54,327 nucleotides of DNA from contig CBEUCC010000002.1 in NCBI GenBank assembly GCA_965541515.1, positions 1-54,327 on the forward strand, given 5' to 3'. The translations under genes and the position numbers were made by a program. Below the pieces are notes generated by a model. It made no database searches and was not told the DNA's origin. It saw nothing but the letters and a program-made list of their open reading frames with translations. Positions 48,605 through 54,327 of this stretch are shown here, in pieces (within the stretch, counting starts at the first letter, position 1; each line of letters starts with the position of its first letter). This stretch comes from an uncultured Thermoplasmata archaeon. GTDB lineage: Archaea > Thermoplasmatota > DTKX01 > DATEUP01.

Positions 48605-49495
48605 CTAGAAGCTCGTCGTGACGTCGATGCGCCCCTTCCTGCGCGCGGCGCGGTCGAGGTGGCGGAACACCACGACCGAGAGCACGAAGAAGAGCGCGGT
48701 CGTGCCCGCGACAAGCAGGAGTAGGTCCCCTGTGGCAAGCTGGCCCAAGAACGAGTCGCCCTGGCCGGCCGTCCCGATGAGCGACCGGCGCACCGCCTCG
48801 ACCCAGTACGTGACGGGGAGCGCGTAGGATATCGGCTGCACCCACGTGGGCAGGATGTGGATGGGGAACACCACACCGCCCAGGAAGAAGAACACGGCCG
48901 CGACCGACTCGCCCATCTGGAACGCGTGGCGCGCGGTGACCAGTACGATCCCGGCGAGCATGATCCCGAACGTGGCTATTCCAAGGACACCTAGAAGGAC
49001 GGCGGTGAGCAGCACCGGCACGTCCAGGGCCGTAAAGTCAATGTGCAGCACGAGCGCGCCCACGACGAGCGCAACCGTAGCCGAGATTCCGGTCTCGGCC
49101 ACGCGCGCCAGCCCCCGCCCGACGAGGTACGCGTAGATGGACGAGGGCGCGATGTACACGTACTTCAGTGTCTGGTAGTGCTCGCGGTCCTCGAGGATCG
49201 CCTGCGAGATACCATACAGCTCCTGCCCGACGAACATGAACGCCGTCGACCCGACGAACACGAACGCGAGCCGCGACGGGTCGTTCAAGTTGGCGGCCGT
49301 CGAGACGGCGATGTACATGAAGACGATGATGCCCACGCCCGCCAGCGGGCGCACGATTGAGTACAGCATGAACAAGATGGGCGTGGTCCAGTTCGACTCC
49401 ATCTCCCACCCTAGCCACGCGGACGTCTTGAGCGCCCGCCACGGGCCTGGCCGGAGCGTCGAGGCACCCGCCCACTTCCTCTCCGCCGCGCTCAC
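48605..49495 (-). CDS. ABC-2-type exporter permease
   Basis: GTG 49495 overlaps the upstream permease stop (GTGA). It has 6 hydrophobic segments, for example 'ILFMLYSIVRPLAGVGIIVFMYI'. The ORF-track extension to 50221 is an off-frame shadow of the neighbouring gene. Confidence 0.8.
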   Translation of the reverse strand: MSAAERKWAGASTLRPGPWRALKTSAWLGWEMESNWTTPILFMLYSIVRPLAGVGIIVFMYIAVSTAANLNDPSRLAFVFVGSTAFMFVGQELYGISQAILEDREHYQTLKYVYIAPSSIYAYLVGRGLARVAETGISATVALVVGALVLHIDFTALDVPVLLTAVLLGVLGIATFGIMLAGIVLVTARHAFQMGESVAAVFFFLGGVVFPIHILPTWVQPISYALPVTYWVEAVRRSLIGTAGQGDSFLGQLATGDLLLLVAGTTALFFVLSVVVFRHLDRAARRKGRIDVTTSF

Positions 49496-50286
49496 TGCCA
49501 CCGGAGCGTCAGCCTCCCCTCGCGCTTTGCGAGCCGTTCCATGAAGCGCATTGAACCGCGGGCCCCCACCGCGAACACGGGGACCATCGCGACGAGCAGC
49601 GCCAGCTCCCACTCGAGTGGCATGAGTCCCTCGAGACCTACGATCAGCAGCTGCCGCATGGCGTCGAGCCCCACGGTGAGCGGGAGGACGGACGCGACGA
49701 TCTGCACGCCGATCGGCAGCGTCGTTACCGGGTAGTAGAAGCCGGCCGCGAAGAACACGGGCTCCTGGAGCGACTGGGCCAGGTGTTCGCCCTCGCGCCC
49801 GTAGACGAGGAAGATCGAGGCGAACATCATCCCCATGAGATAGAGCGACACCAGGGTCAGCATAAGGACGCCCGCCGCCGCGGGTACGCCCTGCGGGTCG
49901 AACACCGCCCCAAAGACTAGGACACCCGCGGCCACGGCGGCGCCAGCTCGCGTCCCGCTGTTGACAAGCGACCCCGTCGCCATCCCGAACATGAGCGCCT
50001 CCGGCGGCACCGGCGCGATGAAGTAGAGCTCGAGGTTGCCCGTCTGCTTCTCCCAGTACATGTGGTTGGCCACGCCCCAAAGGACGGAGAGCCAGAACGC
50101 GACCATCGCCCCGCCCAGTACGACGAAGGAGACAAACTCGTCTGGCGCGCCGAAGTAGCGGTACACGTAGAGGTACGCCATGATCGCAAGCAGCGGCAAG
50201 ATGGTGTCGAAGAAGACCCACGAGAGTTCGCGGTTTCCGCCCAGGATACGGATGTATGCCCGCGCCCTCCAGGCGCCGACGAACAT
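49492..50286 (-). CDS. ABC-2-type exporter permease
   Basis: 264 aa. 'ELSWVFFDTILPLLAIMAYLYVY' and further TM segments are present. It lies downstream of the ATPase gene on the same strand. Confidence 0.8.
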   Translation of the reverse strand: MFVGAWRARAYIRILGGNRELSWVFFDTILPLLAIMAYLYVYRYFGAPDEFVSFVVLGGAMVAFWLSVLWGVANHMYWEKQTGNLELYFIAPVPPEALMFGMATGSLVNSGTRAGAAVAAGVLVFGAVFDPQGVPAAAGVLMLTLVSLYLMGMMFASIFLVYGREGEHLAQSLQEPVFFAAGFYYPVTTLPIGVQIVASVLPLTVGLDAMRQLLIVGLEGLMPLEWELALLVAMVPVFAVGARGSMRFMERLAKREGRLTLRWQ

Positions 50287-50372
50287 GCCGACGCGGCCGC
50301 GCTCGAGCCGGCCGCCGCCGGGCGCGCGTTTGAACGACTCGAACGGCCGTTCGGGGTCAAAGGTGCGTTTGT

Positions 50373-51425
50373 TCAGGGACCCACCTCATGGGGGGGCTGG
50401 AGGCGGCCCTCGCCCCTGAGCCCGTGGCCCACGAGCTTCACGAAAACGTCCTCGAGTGTGGGCACTGACTTGTTGAGTGAGAGGACCTGGACACGCCGCT
50501 CCCCCAGTGCGTTGATGATGTCCGCGATATTCGACTCGTCCTCGAGGATCAGCTTGATGTCCGCGGTATCATCGTCGACCGGCCGCGTCGCCGTCCAGTT
50601 GCGCACCCCCTTGACGCTGCCGACGAAGTCGAGCGGTTGATCCTTGGAGCCTTGCACGCGCACCGTGAAGATGACGTCGTCCTGCACCAGCTTCTTCAGC
50701 TCCTCAGGGGGAGCGCAGTGTATGATCCTGCCATCGTCGATGATGGCTACCCGGTCGCACATCTGGTCCGCCTCGGCCATGTAGTGGGTTGTGAGCAGCG
50801 CGGTCTTCTGCCGTTTGTCGCGCACCCAGTTGGCGACAAACGTGCGGATCTGGCGCGCCGCGTTCACGTCTAGCCCGAGGGTCGGCTCGTCGAGGAACAG
50901 CACCTCCGGGTCGGACACGAACCCCCGGATCAGGTTCATCTTCTGGCGCTCGCCCGTCGAGATCCGCCCGACCTTCACGTCGAACTTCGGGGTGAGCCCC
51001 AGGATTTCCCCGAGTGTGTCGATCCGGTACTTGGCCTCCTCCGACGGGACGCCGTAGAGCTGCGAGAAGAACCACAGGTTCTCGCGGACCTTCATGATCC
51101 CGTAGCCACTCGTCTCCCCCCCCGAAACCATGTTGATCCGTTTGCGCACCTCGACCACGTCGCGCGTCACGTCGAGCCCCGCCACGAATGCCTGTCCGCG
51201 GGTCGGAAACAGCAACGTGGCTAGGATCCTGATTAGCGTCGTCTTGCCCGCGCCATTGGGGCCGAGCACGCCGAAGAGCTCGCCGCGGTCAATGGAAAGC
51301 GTCACGTCGTCGAGGGCCTTTGTGACCTCCCACTTCGGGCCCTTTCTGGTTCCCCTGCCCTTGGACTTCCGCTTTGTGCGGAAGTCGCGGGCCAGGTCTA
51401 CCGTCCGGACGGCAGGCTCCACCAT
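50373..51425 (-). CDS. ABC exporter ATP-binding protein (ABC-2/DrrA-like) with a C-terminal domain
   Basis: Walker A 'GPNGAGKTT', Q-loop 'MVSGGET', signature variant 'ISTGERQK', Walker B 'LFLDEPTLGLD', H-loop 'TTHYM'. Confidence 0.9.
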   Translation of the reverse strand: MVEPAVRTVDLARDFRTKRKSKGRGTRKGPKWEVTKALDDVTLSIDRGELFGVLGPNGAGKTTLIRILATLLFPTRGQAFVAGLDVTRDVVEVRKRINMVSGGETSGYGIMKVRENLWFFSQLYGVPSEEAKYRIDTLGEILGLTPKFDVKVGRISTGERQKMNLIRGFVSDPEVLFLDEPTLGLDVNAARQIRTFVANWVRDKRQKTALLTTHYMAEADQMCDRVAIIDDGRIIHCAPPEELKKLVQDDVIFTVRVQGSKDQPLDFVGSVKGVRNWTATRPVDDDTADIKLILEDESNIADIINALGERRVQVLSLNKSVPTLEDVFVKLVGHGLRGEGRLQPPHEVGP

Positions 51426-51452
51426 GGATTGGCTCGCATCCGTCCAAGCGCC

Positions 51453-51457
51453 TTAAA
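51453..51457. promoter_or_regulatory. near-palindromic TATA-like box (CGCCTTAAAGGCG) between divergent ABC and M48 genes
   Basis: 'TTAAA' lies 28 nt from the minus-strand ATG 51425 and 33 nt from the plus-strand GTG 51490. Confidence 0.35.
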
Positions 51458-51489
51458 GGCGCGGGGGAGCACTTCGCGAACCTGGACAC

Positions 51490-52731
51490 GTGGGCCTCAT
51501 CCAACACGTTGATGGCCGCGGTGCGTGGTTCTTGGCCGTGGCCCCCTCCCCCCCGGCCTTGCCCACCTTCCCGTACGAGTTCGACTCCGCTCGGCGCATC
51601 AGCGCGCGCGCGTACGAGCGGGGAAGCCGCCGGCTCGGGCTCATCGGCGGCACCGCCTTCCCCTTCGCGCTCGCGCTCTTGGTCTTCCTCTCCGGCGCGT
51701 CCGCGCGGCTTGCAGACGTCGTGCGCTCTGCGCTGCCTGGCAGCCCCACCGCCGGCGACGCGGTGTACATCGTCCTCTTCTGCGCGGCGTTCGCGGTCGC
51801 CACACTGCCCGTCGCATTCTACCTCGGCCACCTGCGCGAGCGCCGGTTCGAGATGAGCCACCGGACAGCGGGTGCGTTCCTCAAAGAAGCGGCCAAGGGG
51901 ACCGCGGTGGCGGTCGTGTTCGCGCTCGTACTCCTGCTGCCGTTTTTTTGGGTGGTGCGCCGGTTCGACGACTGGTGGATGGTGGCCGCCGCCCTCTACG
52001 GCGGCTACCTCGTGTTGTCCGCGGCCGTGGTGCCCCACGTCCTCGTCCGCCTGTTCTACAAGGTCGAGCCGCTGGCCGACGGGCCCCTGCGGAACGCGGT
52101 CCTCGAGGCCACAGGCCGTGCGGGCCTGCCGGAGGTCCAGAACGTCGTCGTCATCCGGGAGTCGGCCAAGTCCCCGCGCGCCAACGCCTTCGTCCACGGC
52201 CTGGGGCCCTCCCGCCGGGTCGTCCTCTACGACACGCTTGTGCAGGCGTTCCATCCGCGGGAGGTCGCGTTCACGGTCGCTCACGAGGTCGGCCACCTTG
52301 CCCACCGCGACGTCCCCAAGTCGCTCGCGCTCTCGCTAGCGGCCGTCTTCCCGGAGGTCTTCCTGCTCTCCCTCGCCCTCGACGCGCTCGGCCCCCTCGG
52401 CGGCGCAGCCGGCGCGGCCGACGTCGCCGCCGTCCCCCTCATCCTGGCGTTCATCGTATCCTTTGGCTTCCTCACCCGCCCCGGCCCCGCATGGCTCCAC
52501 CGCCGGTCCGAACGGCGTGCCGACATGTTCGCCCTTGAGGCCACCGGCGACGGCATGGCGGCCGCCTCCATGTTTCGCCGCGTTTGCGACCTCAACATGC
52601 TCGACGATGCGCCCCCCGCCCTGGTCGAGCGGTTCCTGTACAGCCACCCGGCGCCCCACCGCCGGATCCGCATGGCCCTCGAGTTCTCCAAGACTAGACC
52701 CGGAGTCGTGGCGCCCGCGTCCCCCGGCTAG
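51490..52731 (+). CDS. M48-family (Ste24/HtpX-like) integral membrane zinc metalloprotease
   Basis: The HExxH motif sits in 'FTVAHEVGHLAHRD'. Several TM helices flank it, and a downstream motif reads 'ERRADMFAL'. Confidence 0.85.
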   Translation: MGLIQHVDGRGAWFLAVAPSPPALPTFPYEFDSARRISARAYERGSRRLGLIGGTAFPFALALLVFLSGASARLADVVRSALPGSPTAGDAVYIVLFCAAFAVATLPVAFYLGHLRERRFEMSHRTAGAFLKEAAKGTAVAVVFALVLLLPFFWVVRRFDDWWMVAAALYGGYLVLSAAVVPHVLVRLFYKVEPLADGPLRNAVLEATGRAGLPEVQNVVVIRESAKSPRANAFVHGLGPSRRVVLYDTLVQAFHPREVAFTVAHEVGHLAHRDVPKSLALSLAAVFPEVFLLSLALDALGPLGGAAGAADVAAVPLILAFIVSFGFLTRPGPAWLHRRSERRADMFALEATGDGMAAASMFRRVCDLNMLDDAPPALVERFLYSHPAPHRRIRMALEFSKTRPGVVAPASPG

Positions 52732-52936
52732 CGACCGTTCACCGGTAGGGCCACCATTCGAGGCGCGTTCGAAAGTCTTTAAAAGCCATCAGGCCCGACC
52801 TCTCTCCAGGAATTCGGCGACCAGACTCCCCATCCAGACACCTCAGGAATGGGTGAACCCGGTAGGAAAGGTGTTATATGGGGATTCGGGTTTCCGCTTC
52901 CAACTTGTCCTGGAACGAAGTCCTTGGTGTGAGAAC

Positions 52937-54327
52937 ATGATCAGAACCAACAGAAACCGTCGCACGGGCGCGGCCGTGTTGTGCGCCCTCCTGATGACCG
53001 TCCCCACGCTGCTCACGATCGGTGCGGCGGCCGGCGCCGATTCCGATTCGACAGCCACGGCGCCCGAGGTGACCTCCATCGTACCGCAGTCCATGGGCGG
53101 CAGCCACTCATGGATCACCGCTCCGGAGATCCAGTACAACGCCGGCGGCGGCTTCTACGGCGTCTACAACGCCTCCACGGACCTCATCGAACCCATCAGC
53201 GACGTCCTCGACGGCTCGCAAGTGTGGCCCACCCGCTCACACTACTACAAGATCCAACTCCCCAAGGGCAAGGTACTCGACGTCTCCCTCTTCACCAACC
53301 CCTGCCAGTACGTAACCTTCGGGCCGGGCACGCGCGTGTCCCCCGACTTCGAGATCTACCTCTACGCGGGGATCCCCGACTCCTCGACGCTCATCGACTG
53401 GAACACCGACAGCAACTACTGTTTCCAGGCGCTAAACATGCTGTCGCCGATCTCGCCCACGGCCACCTATTACATCAACGTCACATCCTGGTGGGGTGTG
53501 GGTACCTACGACCTCAACGTCACCGTCTCTGACCCCGTCGACATCACGTCGGGCGGGGACTTCTCTGACACCATCGACCGCGAGGGCGGCGCTTCTGACG
53601 CCGTCCGCGGGCGGCCCGACACCCACTGGTACCGGTTCACGGCCACGCACGACACCGCCACCACGACGTACGAAGAGGCCCACGGGTGGCTCGAACTCAC
53701 CAACTGGAACCCGACCGACGAGACGCAGGTCGACGCCCTGATCCGCATCTTTGCCGAGGACCTCGGCTACTCACCCAACAACCCCGTCGGCCGGCCGATG
53801 GAGAAGTCGGAGGCTCCCAACCGCGAGATCGAGCCCTTCTCCATCCTTGCCCCCTACACCGGGTCGTACTACCTCATGCTGCGCCTGACAAATACGACCG
53901 CAGCGCAGTACACCCTGCACTTCCAGATTGACCCCGTCGTCCGGTTCCCGGCCGGAGGCGTCTTTGGCGCCACAAAGGACCGGTTCTACGACGACACGGA
54001 CTGGTACTGGTTCAACATGACCGCCGCGTCGGGCACGGGCGCCAACGACCGCGTCATCTTCAACCTCTCCGAGACGAGCGACGACCCGATTGCGCCCGTC
54101 AACCTGAACCTCTGGATCTTCGCGGCCCGCCCCTACTTCAAGCCGGCCGGCGGCGCGCTCGAGATGGACATCTTGAACTCCTCCTTCCAGGGCGACGCAC
54201 CGTACAACTTGTCCCTCAACCCCGAGCCCCGCTACGAGGAGGTCGCGGCCCAGGCGACGTACACAGGGATCTACTTCATCCAGGTCGAGGACTTCAACAA
54301 TTCAGGTACCTACGACTTAGTGATGAA
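52937..54327 (+). CDS. secreted protein with at least three PPC (pre-peptidase C-terminal)-like beta-sandwich domains; 3' end lies outside the window
   Basis: This ORF is absent from the ORF track because it has no stop in the window. I translated it by hand from ATG 52937 and it stays open to 54327. The signal peptide is 'RRTGAAVLCALLMTVPTLLTIGAAAGA'. The repeated pattern is 'D..WY.F...' followed by a tail. Domain 1: 'HYYKIQL...YYINVTSWWGVGTYDLNVTV'. Domain 2: 'DTHWYRF...YYLMLRLTNTTAAQYTLHFQI'. Domain 3: 'DTDWYWF...IYFIQVEDFNNSGTYDLVM'. Confidence 0.75.
   Translation, partial: MIRTNRNRRTGAAVLCALLMTVPTLLTIGAAAGADSDSTATAPEVTSIVPQSMGGSHSWITAPEIQYNAGGGFYGVYNASTDLIEPISDVLDGSQVWPTRSHYYKIQLPKGKVLDVSLFTNPCQYVTFGPGTRVSPDFEIYLYAGIPDSSTLIDWNTDSNYCFQALNMLSPISPTATYYINVTSWWGVGTYDLNVTVSDPVDITSGGDFSDTIDREGGASDAVRGRPDTHWYRFTATHDTATTTYEEAHGWLELTNWNPTDETQVDALIRIFAEDLGYSPNNPVGRPMEKSEAPNREIEPFSILAPYTGSYYLMLRLTNTTAAQYTLHFQIDPVVRFPAGGVFGATKDRFYDDTDWYWFNMTAASGTGANDRVIFNLSETSDDPIAPVNLNLWIFAARPYFKPAGGALEMDILNSSFQGDAPYNLSLNPEPRYEEVAAQATYTGIYFIQVEDFNNSGTYDLVM

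Noticed and set aside
49496-50221. Upstream part of the 538-aa minus-strand ORF 48605..50221
   Set aside because: It is out of frame with the well-formed ABC-2 permease 49492..50286 that occupies the same DNA, and it is Arg/Gly-rich. The real second permease starts at GTG 49495, overlapping the first permease's stop.

Overview
This is a strongly GC-rich chromosomal segment that reads as archaeal. It encodes ribosomal protein L10e, Dph2 (diphthamide synthesis), an NFACT/Rqc2-type protein and an archaeosortase-family protein. A tRNA-Thr(GGU) has no encoded CCA, and isolated A/T-rich TATA-like boxes sit about 25-45 nt upstream of many start codons. I call about 50 protein genes, 1 tRNA, 2 in-frame coding tandem repeats and a few putative promoter or terminator elements. 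I see no rRNA, CRISPR array, transposase or integrase. Many long ORFs in the track are Arg/Pro/Gly/Ala-rich antisense or off-frame shadows typical of high-GC DNA, and I rejected them.

Gene content:
- Housekeeping: ribA, trmH-like, tmk, cysS, nadA, dph2, malic enzyme, cytidine deaminase-like, PRTase and GNAT.
- Envelope and transport: an Opp-type ABC operon, two giant S8 subtilases, a membrane-anchored cyclophilin, an EamA transporter, an ABC-2 exporter, an M48 protease, and a PPC-domain secreted protein that runs off the window end and is absent from the ORF track.

Best candidates for something undescribed:
1. A Rab/Ras-like small GTPase translationally coupled to a 656-aa protein with an N-terminal PIN nuclease domain and a helical-repeat body. 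The pair sits in a locally less GC-rich island beside an ArsR-like regulator and an unusually long intergenic region.
2. A recurring architecture in which three membrane proteins (both subtilases and the archaeosortase-like protein) end in a cytoplasmic CxxC-x13-15-CxxC zinc ribbon.
3. A PEP-synthase-derived protein that lacks the phospho-His swivel domain and shows degenerate catalytic motifs.
4. A TPR/HEAT protein followed by a stand-alone histidine-kinase DHp-like domain fused to a K/R-rich tail.
5. Opp ATPases carrying large insertions, including a hydrophobic one inside the nucleotide-binding domain.

All functional calls rest on motif recognition by eye and on family knowledge from memory. 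No searches were run, and start codons are often uncertain.
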